Shown here one piece after another: positions 1 to 13,400 of a stretch of 64,000 bases of DNA. Where the stretch lies: NCBI GenBank assembly GCA_964016885.1, contig OZ024743.1, positions 120,218,001-120,282,000 on the forward strand, read 5' to 3'. Origin of the DNA: Eledone cirrhosa. Taxonomy: Eukaryota. Numbering within the stretch: the stretch's first letter is position 1; each line of letters starts with the position of its first letter. The notes under the pieces are model-generated. The model saw only the letters and a program-made list of their open reading frames with translations. It was not told the origin of the DNA and made no database searches. Both the position numbers and the translations under genes were made by a program.

Positions 1-2340
1 TGCAATGGAATGAGCTAGTATTCTGTGGGCACTTGCTGCTACTTATTGCAACAGAGCACCGGCCACATATAAAATCTATGTTCTTAGTTAGCTTACCTGT
101 GATCCCATTACATCTTTTATGCACCCATACTTTGCATTTGGGACATAAAATGGAGTTTCTACCTACTCCTTTCCTACACACTGAGCATGGTCATTTCCCG
201 GGTGGGACCGGTGCCCTATTTTCCTTCCTACAAACTAGAACTTTAGTCTTAGACAGGTTAATTTTAAGGCCTTTTGATTCTAGGCCATGCTTCCATGTTT
301 GGAATTTCTTCTCTAGTTCGGCCATTGATTCAGCTATGAGCATTAGATCATCTGCGTATAGAAGTTCCCATGGGCAGCCGGTCTTGAACTCCACTGTTAT
401 AGCCTGAAGGGCAATAATAAATAGTAGAGGGCTAAGAACGGAGCCCTGATGAACACCAACTTTTACACTAAACTCTTCACTATATTCGTTGTTAATTCTA
501 ACTGTTTGCTGACTGTTTCTTTATACATGGCTTGTATAGCTCTCACAAGCCATTCATCAAGACCTAGTTTTCTAAGAGCCCACCAGATAATGGAACGGGA
601 GACTCTGTCGAAGGCTTTCTCCAAGTCGACAAAAGCTAAGTATAGGGGTTTACTTTTAGCTAGGTACTTCTGTAGTTGTGGTACAATGAAAAGAGCGTCT
701 GTGGTACTTTTACCTGACACAAACCCGAACTGCATTTCATCTAGATCAATTCTCTCTTTGATTAGTTGCGCTATTACTTTTTCTGTGACCTTCATGATCT
801 GGTCGATTAATTTAATGCCGCTATAGTTACTCCTATCTAGGGCATCTCCTTTACCCTTGTAGCAGTTAATGATGATGCTGCTACGCCAGTCCTTCGGAAC
901 AACCCCATTCTGTATGACTTGGTTCACTATCCGGGTGACCATGGTGTGTCCCACCGTTCCAGAAGCTTTCAGCATTGCAGCAACTATTTCCGAAGGCCCA
1001 GCCGCCTTACCCGTCATATCTTTGATTGCCTTACTTATTATACTACCTTCTTTGATTGCCTTACTTATTATACTACCTTCTTTGATTGCCTTACTTATAC
1101 TACCTTCGACTAACACTGCTGGTCCCTCTATTGGGTCGATGTGGAGGAGACTGTCTTTCTCCCATTTATTCTCCTCATTTAGTAGCCTGTCGTAGTGACA
1201 CTTCCAAGCTACCTTCTTATCAACGTCAGTGATGGCAAGTACACCATCATCATTAAGGACACACTTCTCCCCGACAATATCACGGTTTTCCTTGACACAT
1301 TACCTAGCAATCCTGAATAACCTCACGTTTTTGGTCCTCGTGTTGTAGAACATGCTTGAACTTTCTTTCCTCTGCTTCCCTTCTTGCGAAGTACACTTGT
1401 CTCCTAGCTTCCCTCCTGGCCACTTGATAATCTTCTCTAGTTCCCCCCATCCCGCCATACTTTCCAAGCCTGCTTTTTGGCCTTAATTGACTCCTCCACC
1501 TTACTGTTCCACCACCATTTTACTCTCCTCCTGCCTATAGGCCTGCTCCAGCCACAGACTTCGTCTGCCGCCATCAGCAGGTTTGCTTTCAGGAATTCCC
1601 ACTGTTGCTCTATATTGTACGACTCTAAATGCTCTTCCTTACTGTCGAAAGCATCAAGTAATATGCTTTTAAATTTATTTCTGGCTGTGGGGTCCTTTAG
1701 CTTCCATATTTTTCTCCTGAGGATAGTCCTCTTCTGTTGTCGAGTACGTCTCGTCCTGACTATGAGGTCGCTAATTATCAGTCTATGTTGGGAGGTACAT
1801 TCTTCATGGGGGAGGGATTTAGTGTTTACAACAGACACTCTGTCACGTCTTCTGGAAAGGATAATCTACCTGGCTGGTATGTTCCCCTGATCTGTAGGTG
1901 ATCAAGTGATTGTCTCATTTTTTGAAGTTAGTGTTACAGATAGTTAGGTTATTTGCATCACAGAATTCCAGGATTCTGGAGCCTTCCTCATTTCTAGTAC
2001 CAAACCCATAGCCTCCGTGGATTCCGTCATAGCCGTCACAATGTTGTCCAACGTGACCATTTAGGTCGCCAGCTATAATTATATAGTCACTGTCGGTTAT
2101 TTGGGAGGTAGTGAGCATCAGTGTCTCATAGAATCTGTCTTTTATAGCGCCAGGCAGTCCGGATTGGGGTGCGTACGCAGATATTACTGTCACAGTAGTT
2201 TTATTTAGAACAAGCCTTATTTTAATTATTCTGTCATTCACTCTATTTTACGTCTATTATCTTATCCACCCATTTTTCTGCTAACATGATTCCTACCCCA
2301 CCCAGCCCATTGTCATTCCCCACCCAGAAAAGCTTATAGC
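1..2340 (-). mobile_element. RTE-clade LINE, subfamily A, degenerate; runs off the left edge
   Basis: Minus-strand ORF pieces give the APE endonuclease (SAYAPQ, AGDLNGHVG), RT (FVDLEKAFDRV, LLYADDL) and the start of the Cys-rich finger. Frameshifted; closely similar to the copy at 26353-28720. Confidence 0.93.
1021..1107. repeat. 30-bp tandem triplication inside the RTE ORF
   Basis: tttgattgccttacttattatactaccttc x2 plus a 27-bp third copy. The sister copy near 27060 has a single unit. Confidence 0.9.
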
Positions 2341-2624
2341 ATCGTTTTTTAATCTGAACTCAAAACACAAAGACCTGGAACAGACACTACAAGACAAGAC
2401 TCCAATACTCTAACAATTCCACTAATTCACTGCCATTGACAAGACTTTATCTATTGACTTTGAAATGATGCAAGGCAAAGTTAACCTCAGTGAGATTTGA
2501 ACTCAGTGACTACAGCAGGAATGAATACCACAAGGCATACTATCCAATGCTCTTACAAATTAATAGTTGAGTATAAACTAATACTCAGGAAAGTTTAGAA
2601 GTCTACAATTCACTAAACCTTAGT

Positions 2625-2750
2625 AAACTTCACTACATAAAACTACACTATACTACACAACACTTCACTAAACGACACTAAACTAAAATAAACTACACTA
2701 AACTTCACTAAACTAAATTACACTACATTAAACTACACTACACTCCACTT
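2625..2750. repeat. degenerate pentamer microsatellite (ACTAC/ACTAA)n
   Basis: Runs such as aactacacta aacttcacta aactaaatta cactacatta. Confidence 0.7.
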
Positions 2751-3459
2751 CACATATATCCTGCACACTACCAAGTGCATTTTATTGTAACACCAATATA
2801 GGGAGATTGTTATGGCACAGCTGAAGAGTTCTAGCAACCCTTTGTTTGACAGGTTTTCTAAGGCTGTTTGCCCTTCCTATCATCAACCAATTTATAGAGT
2901 GTACTGGGTGCATTTATTATGTCATGCTCCTGACACAACTGGAGAATCGTCTCCTCCCTCTTTGCCATAATTTCTACAATGGAATTACCCTCCTGTCACC
3001 AACCACCCTTCAGGATGCACCTCTCATGGCTCTAGTTCTAGGTGTGTGTAATAGTGCTTGAGGGGAAGGCTGATAGTGGAGGAGAGTGAATAAGATATGT
3101 TTATAATGCTTTGGCTTCAGCCTTTACCTGTACATAAGACACATGTTGCTTTTCATGGATATTATTTACAACATTGCTTGCAGTTGTGTTTAAATAAAAA
3201 GAAAACATTTAGAATAATTCTTTCTAACATTGGCACAATACCTGCAAATTTGGGGAAGGGGAAAATCAAATATATCAACGCAGTACTTAACTGGTACTAT
3301 ATTTTATCAAACCCAGAAAGATAAAATGCAAAACTGATCTCAGAAGGTTAGGACTCAGAATGTAGGAATTTGTAACTAAATACTGCAAAGCATGTTGTCC
3401 AATGTTCTAATGATACTGCAAATCCACTGCTCTTATTTAGCAAAAATAATGACAAGCAT

Positions 3460-3780
3460 TCATCATCTCCGTTTAATGTCCATTTTTTCATGCTGGCATG
3501 GGTTAGACGAGTTATCCTGTTGTGAGCAATGCCAGGTCAGGTAGTCACCTGACCTGTCTTGCTCGTACAGAACCGATTTTGGCTTGGTTTCTACAGCTTG
3601 ATGCCCTTTTTAGCGCCAACCTCATTTACAATGAGTGCTGGGTGCTTTTTCTCGTGACACCTACTTTACAGTGTGGATTGAGTACTTTTTGTTGTGACAC
3701 CTACACGACCACTTTACAGTGTAGGCTGGCCACTTTTTTGCAATGTCGCCATCATCAACACTACAGTGTGGGCTGGAGGT
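3460..3780 (-). mobile_element. RTE-tailed short interspersed repeat (AGGAAGGGCATCC-type)
   Basis: catcatc...tttcatgctggcatggg...ggtttctacagcttgatgccct. Same family as 5100-5299, 9285-9570, 10095-10380, 12410-12690 and 17295-17522. Confidence 0.75.
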
Positions 3781-4428
3781 TTCACTGGATGTATGCTTCG
3801 CCAGTACAATCTAACAATATCTAGAACCATTGATATAATATTAATGTGTTTTTATGTTCAAAACGTACCAGTACTTTTAAATCACCATAACTATTTGACT
3901 GATAATATGTAGCATCTAATGGGTATTAGGATTATGGCTAGCCAATAGAAAACTATGCATATTTGTTTATAATACTGATATTCATATCAAATCACCAAGT
4001 CACTGTGTGTGTGCACAAGCATGTGAATGTGTTTTCAAGCCCAGAACAAGGTTTGCTATACAAGTTGCATGCAATTTTTTGAGTCTGATATTTTTTTTCC
4101 ATAAAAAAACTGCAATGTAGTTATGAGTAGATACTGTATTCTGTTTTCCAAGCAATTATTCACATTTCCAACATTAGAGAGACAGTACTTGCATGATTTG
4201 GAGGTCCAGAATTTTCATTCAAATCAATAACTTTATTTAACCTTTTTCATGCCAAACCACCTGAAACTGGTTCCATGATTAAAAAGAAAACATTAATTTT
4301 GGTTATGGCCAATTTAAAGAGAAAGAGACGAGAGAAATTTGGGCGGATATGGTCAGTTTAAATGCTAAAGGGTTAATGAAGAATATTAATACTGATACAA
4401 ATATGAAGAAATGTTTATCAATACTCAC

Positions 4429-4496
4429 ACTGAGTTAAGCCATATTCTAGTCTTCTCAAAGTCTTTACTTACTGCAACTGTTGTTTTTGCTCGAAG
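4429..4496 (-). CDS. MVD: MVD coding exon 3
   Basis: tttctctctgcag|[22 protein letters not shown]+GT|gtgagt; 68 nt. Confidence 0.92.
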
Positions 4497-7400
4497 CTGC
4501 AGAGAGAAATAAATGAATATGAACTATTTAATATTGCTTTGTTACATTATAGAAAAAAAAAGAGATCCCAGAATTATATGGAGCAGGGAGTGGAATAAGG
4601 CGATGTTTATGTTTATGTCATTTTCCAGGATATTAGACATGTAAGTGAAATTAAATAGGTATGATAAGGAATGTATAGACTTAGTACTATAGGATCTTGT
4701 TCTCACTTCATACTGCTACAAGCATGATGAGATGGTTTTCATGAATTTGAAGATTTGGCTAGTTATTGCAATTGGTTTTACAGCTGAATGCTCTTCTTAC
4801 TGTCAACCACAGTATGAATTATGAATTAAACTCATCAGTTAAGCCAACTAAGGTAGGAAGTGTTATCCAAATGGTAATTTAACATACTTCACATTTGGCT
4901 TGGACTCTAATTGCTGTTTTTATCTTACATACACTCACCTTTTCCTATAAATGGAGGCACATGGCTTAGTGGTTAGAGCATTCGCCTTGCAATCGAAAGG
5001 TTGTGAGTTCAATTCTCAGACCGGGTGATGTGTTGTTTCCTTGAGCAAGACACTTTATTTCACACTGCTCCAGTTTACTCAGCTGTAGAAATGAGATGAT
5101 AGGGACTGGGGTCCCTATCATTCCACTGCAAAGTGGTCGTGGAGGTGCCACGGCAAAAAAGCACCCAGCACTCACTGTAAATGAGGTTGGTGTTAGGAAG
5201 GGCATCCAGCTGTAGAAATCAAGCCAGAATCAGTTCCCGTCCCACCCTTGCAAGCAGGGAAAAGCGGACGTAAAATGATGATGATGATGATGATGATGAA
5301 TATTGTGCAATAGTTATCTCCCCTACCTACAATGTTTTGTTTTGCTTTTTTAGAAATGTGTATACATATATATGTCATTCTCATCATTTTACATGTTTTT
5401 CTATGACTGCATGGGTTACACAGGTCATTATATATTAAGACCATACTTAATTGGAGCTTTTGTTATTCTGGACAGGATTGGCAATATTTTCTAAATCTGG
5501 ATGCCTTTCCTAACTCCAACCACTCTACAATGTATTGTGTGCATTTTATTATGGCACCAGCATTAGGAGGGTTGTCATGTCCTTTACACACTTGAAGAGT
5601 CCTCTCAAATCATTCTTTGGTATGGCTTCTATAGTTGGATGCATTTTATCCTTGTACCAGCATTAAAGAGGTTGTAAGGTCATTGATTTAACTGAAGACA
5701 CCACCACCCACCCTATGTTTTTACCAGTTGCATATCAACCACTTCAAGTAGAGTACTAAGTGCATTTTATAATGGCACAAACACTGATGGGGAATGGGTG
5801 GGAGTCATGTTTCAAGGCAAACATGTTCAAGAGTGAGACTAGAAAGGGGTGGATTAGGATGGAAAAGATATATATGACAAGTGTGGTGGGGTGAAATAAT
5901 GTATGAAAGAATGGAGGGGGACAGTGATAATGAAATGAGTGATGGGGGAGCAAAATGTCATATCCTGCTGCAATGCAGAAGATGCAATAGTTAGGGGGCT
6001 ATAGGAGTATAAGTGAATAGCAAGTAGTACAATAGAACTGGAGAAAGGATGGATTTAATAGGGACATATTGGGCATTTTTCTTATACTGGTGTGCAGGCC
6101 ATCTCAAGCACAGCATGTTGACAACCATTACACATCAACCAGATCATAGTCGCTTCAGTATCTTTCTAGCCTTTGCAAGGTCCCCTGTAGACAAGGCCCA
6201 TGTCTCACTGTCATGCAGCATCACAGTTTGCACACAAGCATTATACAGTCTACCTTTCATTCTAAAGGAAAAGCCCTTTGATACATGCAGAGGAAATAGA
6301 AACTCTGAATGTCTTCCAACTGTTTCTTACTCTAGCTATTATTCTTTCAAAGCACCTTCCTCTACTGCAGATTAAGTCAATTAAATAACAAAACCTCTCA
6401 GCAACTTCTCATGAGCCACCTGAGCAATAGAGAGAATTCATTTTATGTATGCTCTTCATGCTTATTTCTCTTACCCATACAAAAATCTACCTTCACCATT
6501 AACCTGCCTAAAATCCTACTACATCTCATGCATCCCTAGTTTACACTGTGTGCACCTTATAAAATTTCTGCCTACTCCTTTTATGAGAATTAAGCATGGC
6601 CATTTCCAGTGCCATATCAGGATCCTGTCTTTTTCTTAGAAATTACTGTATATACTTGTATATAGAAGTTACTCTATATACTCGTCCAACCTATGCGAGC
6701 ATGGAAAAGTGGACGTAAAAACGATGATGATGAATCCGAGAAATATGTGACAAAAAAAAATATTGATAAAATGAGGAGTCAGCTATATTCAAGGTTAATA
6801 TTTTGCCAATTTTCACCAACTTCAAAATTCTATGTAAATGAGGTACTAAAACATTTTCGTTTTGGAGATAAATATTACCCCGGTTTGACTTTAGAAGTGA
6901 ATATTACACCAGTTTGACTTCAGAAGTAAATATTACACCAGTTTTACTATGGAAGTGAATAATTACACAAATTTCACTTTCAAAGTGAAATCCGATTTTG
7001 ATATGTTTTGAATGAATATGGCCCTCAAAATGGTCGAAATTAGTAAAAAAAATCCTTAGAACATTTTCAATATTAAAATTTTAAAACTTCATAAATATAT
7101 TTTCCACCCATGAGGATTTCAAAACCACATCATCTAAACATATGTTAATTACCTGCCTCAGCTTATAAACAGTGTTTGAATATTTACCAATTTCTCAGAC
7201 ATAAAATAATGGGTCAACTTATATTCAAGTATATAAGTAAAACTTTATTAGACTTTGCTAAGTTTACTTTTAGGCCTTTCAATTCTAAGTTTTGCTTCCA
7301 TGTCTGTTAAATTTGATGTCCAATCCCTCAGTTAATCTACTTGGGGTAGGCCTTCTCTGACCCATTCATTCTCTTTGTTCAACAGTCTCTCATAATAGCA

Positions 7401-10400
7401 CTTCCATGCCTCTTTCTTTTTGACATCGGTAAGAGCAAGTGCACCTTTATCACTCCATACACACTTCCCTGGCATCAGTGCTGGCAAATACACACCTACA
7501 CACACATACATCATCATCATCTATTTTCCTTGCTTGCATGAGTTAAATAAGCTATGACATTATGGGGACACCACTTCTTGCTCATACATTCCATTTTTGA
7601 CTTGGTTTCTACAACTGGGTGTCCTTCCTAATGCCAACCACTGGAAGTATTTTATCATGATTCCTGCACAACCACCTTACAGTACATATATAATAATAGA
7701 GTCTTTGATAATTAACACACATCATAATACTTGAAGTATTGTGTGAAATACAAAAAAACATTAAAATTATCATTTTAATAAACATTATGTGTCAAGTTTC
7801 TCAAAGAATTTATACAATGTGACAAAAATAAATCTTACCTGTGATGGACTGAGTGTGATACTTATTGAAGAATTCAAAGGCAATATAAGATTTTCATCAC
7901 GCTTACCCCCTGAAAGTGAAATAAAATAAATATATTCATTATTTGTTACGCCGAGGTTGACTCTGCCTTTCATCCTTACGGGGTCGATAAAATAAAGTAC
8001 CAGTAATGCACTGGGTATTTGCTGGCCTTGTGCCTAAAGTAGAAACAATTATTTGTTATGCTTAGAAAAATAAATTTAACCATTAATTGATATGTAAAGA
8101 TTAGCTATAATGTACTACAAAATTTAACAGCTAATAGGAAAAAGACACCCTGTTGCTCATCACTTTTGCTTCCCCCAACCACTCTACTCAACATCTCACT
8201 GTCTCAGGCCTCATTTTGCACCACAGATCCACAGCCACTCACACCAGGACAGAGCAGAACTTAATTCTTTGCATTGGAACTACTTTTCCGAATGGACTCA
8301 ATTCCCCCACCACAGTTTCTATAACCTCCCTTTATCCTTGTTTTCACACACATACACAACTCCAGCTACCATACAATATACACCCACATTTACAACACCT
8401 GTATATACCACCCAACATACACATACCTCTGCACACACATAACCCTCAAAAGCCTACACTTTCTGATGCATGCACATGTATATGCGCATGCCTGACACCA
8501 CCAACTCACACATTCTAGGGCTCCCGCTTAAGGGTGCATTATGTGCTTGTTTCTCTTGTGTGTGCACCTGTGATCACATGTGCCGTCAGTGTTGAATGTT
8601 CCCAACAGTCACTCTGCCTTCACCACCTCCCGGCTCTATCCACTTCCAAACACGTAGTGACTTCACACTTCATAGCTCAGCTGTTTGAGGTTGTACCACC
8701 ATATCATGAAACTAATCAGTTTCTCTTACAGCCATACCATGAAATGAAATTTATAAGGCAATGATATACAACCCCTTGTGACGGTTGCACATATGTGTAT
8801 GTAGACACAGAATTTCATATGCATATTTATATACCTTCCTACATTGGTCAATTCACGTGCACACTCACTCAAACCTCACCCTCGAACAGCAGTCAGCCCT
8901 GCCATGGTCCAACACCCATCCTTCAAACCTTTGTACAAACAAACATACAAACTTACACATGCACACACATTTCCACTTAAAATATACAATGATTACCACC
9001 CTTTATAAACCTCTCTAATACCTAAGATATCCACTGACCATCATTTCACCAAAATGGCTGACTGTTTTCTCAAAAAAAATGTTTCCATTCCTTCCACTTC
9101 TCACTTTCTATCTTTCTATTTCATCTTTTATTTCTCATTCTATCTTCTGATGAAGGACTAGTATCCGAAACATTAAGACTCTTTTACTATTACATGAAGA
9201 ATTAAACTAATATATTCCTTCCTTGTACTATGTCATTTACTTTGTTATTTGTTTCCTTTTTACATACATGTGTATATATATATATCATCATCACCACCAC
9301 CGTTTTACGTCCATTTTTCCACGCTAGCATGGGTTAGACAAGTTGTCCTGTTGTGGGCAATGCTAGGTCAGATGACCATGTCTTGCTCATACAAAACTGA
9401 TTTTGGCTTGGTTTCTACAGCTGGATGCCCTTCTTAATGTCAACCACATTTACAGTCAGTACTGAGTGCTTTTTGTCGTGACACCTACACGTCCACTTTA
9501 CAGTGTGGGCTGGGTGCTTTTTGTTGTGACACCTACACGATCACTTTATAGTGGAAGGTGGGGATGGGGCAGACACACACAAACACATCATCATCAACAT
9601 ATATATATAAAGTATAACAAGATGAAGTTTCACATTAGTGTTTTTATTATCTACCAGTTACACATGTTTCACAGATGATTGGCTCAAGATCCATATTTGT
9701 GTTATAGACATGACTGCAACCTGACTCCAACATCAATCTGCCTATCAAACTTGTTAATCAAGTTAAAAACAAAATTTCATCTGATGGCATCCAGTAATGC
9801 ATGGAATAAATATACACATATACTGTTGCAAAAGTGTTCTCTCACTCTATTTAAGTTAGACTATCACTACAAAGTTCCATTTCACTCATGTAAGCCAAAA
9901 TTTCCATTCCTTGTATGTCCTTTGCCTGCCATATAATTTCTCTATGACCACAATTATTTGTGCTATGTAAATATATATGTTATGTTTGCATGTGTGTATA
10001 TGTACGTATGTGTATTTATATGTCTCTGGCGTCACGCAGTAATACAAAAGACCTGACTTCCTACGAATACATGCCGAAGCTGAAGCATAGACAATATGCC
10101 CCACCCCCTCCCACTGCAAAGTGGTCGTGGAGGTGTCATGACAAAAAAGCACCCAGCCCACACTGTAAACTGGACGTGTAGGCGCCACGGTAAAAAAGCA
10201 CCCAGCACTCACTGTAAATGAGGTTGGCGTTAGGAAGAGCATCCAGCTGTAGAAATCAAGCTAAAATCAGTTCCCATATGAACAAGACAAGGTCATCCGA
10301 CCTGGCATTGCCCACAACAGGTCAACCCGTCTAACCCATTCTAGTGTGGAAGAATGGACGTAAAACGGTGATGATGATGATATATGCGTGTGCATTTATA

Positions 10401-13400
10401 GTTCATCTCCCTAGAAAATTATCTATTATATACATACAGTGTACAGGGAATATTTCATATAAATATTATTGCAAAAGCTTTCTCGCCATTTTCCCGCCTA
10501 CCCACCCCAACACACCACTATACTTCTAGACCAATCAAATGGCAGTAATGCTAAAATACCTTAACCCTTTAGCATTTAAACCGGCTGTATCTGGCCAGAA
10601 TTCTCTCACCTCTTTCTGTTCAAACTGGCCATAACTGGCCACTCATACTGATGTTAAGGTATTATTCTCAAAATAAATAATATCAAAATCTCATAGATTC
10701 AATATTATGTGAGATAAAGCCTTTACTGCGAAAATATAATAGTATATATAGAATAATGTAAATGCTAAAGGATTAACTTTAACTCTAACCATAGCACCAC
10801 TACTACTGCTACTATAAAATACAAATACTGTGTGTTTGGTAGATAGTATGGCAGCTAGACTACAAAGATGGAGAATTTCTTCTTGGCATGAATCCATCAT
10901 TCGACTGCAGGCGACCACGCAAACCTTCTTTATTTCAGGCATGGAAAGCTGGCACCAATTCCAATACATATTATGCCTTCCTTCTCAAATATCCATCCTC
11001 GTCTTCCAGTAAATTCCAAAACTTCAGAACTGCAACCATTAATGTAGGTATGATTAGAGATGATAGAGCAAAAGAGAGTGGACAAGTGTTGTGTACAAGA
11101 GACTAGATGGAGAGGAGGATCAGCTAGACTCCTTGTCGGCAAAGAATCATCATTATCATCATTAGATGCTACAAATTTTTCTAGGAGGGTAACAATTATG
11201 AGCTAAGCGAAGTGGGTACTGTTAGCATAAAAATGGGTAGATAATGTAATCATAGTAAACAGAGTGAATGATAGAATCATTAACCCATTAGCATTTAAAG
11301 TGGTTTCATCTGGCCAGAATTCTCTCACTTCTTTCTGTTTAAACCAGCCATAACTGGCTGCTCATACTGATGTTAAGGTATTGTTCTCAAAATAAATATC
11401 AAAATCTCATATTCGATATCATGTGAGATAATTATCTAAGATAAAGCCTGAACTATTATATCTGAATATACACCACAATCGGGATGAATGATAAGTGTGA
11501 CCTAGTCAACAATACAACTATTGAAAGTGTGACCTAGTCAACAATACAACTATTGAAAAATTAACAACCACCGAGTTGTTTAAATTAATTCCATATCTCT
11601 TATATCAATCCTTTTATTCTTTTACTAAAAATGTAATAAAAATGGTTTTATAAATATTTGTAGGATAGTTTTTAATGGAATTCATGAAATTCCCTGTGCA
11701 ATTTTTATAAAACAGTATCTGTATACAATTAGCAAAATCAACATTTTAACTGATTTAATAACAAACAACTAAATAGTATCAGTGACATTCATGTCATACA
11801 AGGAAATATTGAAAAGAAAGTAATACATTTGTGAAATGACATGCATTATTAAAGACAAGAGAAGGTAAATTAACACATTAACAGTTGTAAGTCCTAAATA
11901 AAAGCTGATATTTTAACTCTTAACATCCTGTACCATATGAAGCCACATTAGCAAAACATTCCTAAAAAGTACAAAACAGCACTGACTGCATTACATTTGA
12001 AAATTAATGTTTTTACTTTGGTTTACTGCAATTTTTCACAATCTGTCCAGCAGTAATGATACTATAAACATTTGAATTAAAAAACCCTTTTTAGATATTT
12101 TCGGCTAAATCATTACAGGTTGTTAAGAGGTAAACTAGGCCTTCAGCTTTTCAAGACCAATAGCAAATTATTTAATTGCTCCTATTTGTATACTGACAAT
12201 ACTATATATATATATATATAAAGAGAGAGAGAGAGAGGCGGGAGAGAGAGGTAAAAGCCTGATTGTGGCACCAAGATGTTTAGGCTTGTGTTCAGCAAGC
12301 TACCTATCTCTATACCCACTCTGCATCTTCCCTTCCCATGCATTGAGTACTCCCATGATTAGTGGATTCACTGATCTCAGCACCACAGACTCTTTCTCTC
12401 TCACTCGATCATCATCTTCATTTAATGTCCATTTTCCACACTAGCATGGGTAAAACGAGCTGTCCTGTTGTGAGAGATCCAAGTCAGAAAAGCATGATTT
12501 GACCATACACAACCTATTTTGGCTTGGTTTCTATGGATGGATGCCCTCTCTAACGCCAACCACATTACAGTGTGTGCTGGGTGGTGATTTTTGTCGTTAC
12601 ACCTACACGACCACTTTGCAGTGTGGACTGGGCACTATTTTCATGGCTCCAGGATGACCGCTATTGGTGTGGGTTGGGGACTTGGGTGGGGTGAGGAAGA
12701 TGCATGGGGAATTGGGGACGTAGATATAGGGGTTGTATGATTACAGCGAGGGAGGTGCATGGGAGGGGTGATGGGAGGGAAGGTGGTGCATACTAGCTGT
12801 ATGCATCAGCTCGTACATATGGCAGGGCATCCTGAGTCATCGTCTTAACGGTGTAATTGTGCAAGGTCAGCTTTTATCACCTCATCCCAAGTCTTCCTAG
12901 GCTTGCCCACTCAATGGCCTCCATCAACTTTGTGCGTTCTGCACCTTTTTATACAGCTGTCATCCTTCCTATACATCACATGTCCATACCAACGCAATCT
13001 ACTCTCCTGCACACTGCAGCTGATCTCTCTTATGCCTAATTTCTCTCGCAGTTCGTTTATGCTTTGCTATTTGCGTATGTTACTGTTGCACATCCATCGA
13101 AGCATGGAGGCCTTATTTCTTTCCAATCTTCGCAGGTCTCACTGCTGTGCAACATGGGCTGAACTCGATGAATGGACAGATATGTTTTTTATGTTTTGGT
13201 TTCGATTTTCATAGAACCCTAAAAGATGACTATACCAGTGATATATTACAATACGACCGACGAACATAAAGTATCATAAATGGTAAATGTATATTTGAAC
13301 ACCTCACTCGATTTCAGCGGGAAAAAAGTTTTCCTCTTTATTTTTTCGTGTGTCATCAACAAATCTAACATCCAACATTCTGGCAATCGACTTTCTTCCC

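Noticed and set aside
33-1890. Plus-strand ORFs over the first RTE, and similar antisense ORFs over the other RTEs
   Set aside because: Antisense shadows of LINE coding sequence, recurring with each copy.
3128-3190. Candidate MVD exon 4 (cag|gtaaag donor on the minus strand)
   Set aside because: The translation does not resemble the expected MVD continuation and there is no good acceptor.
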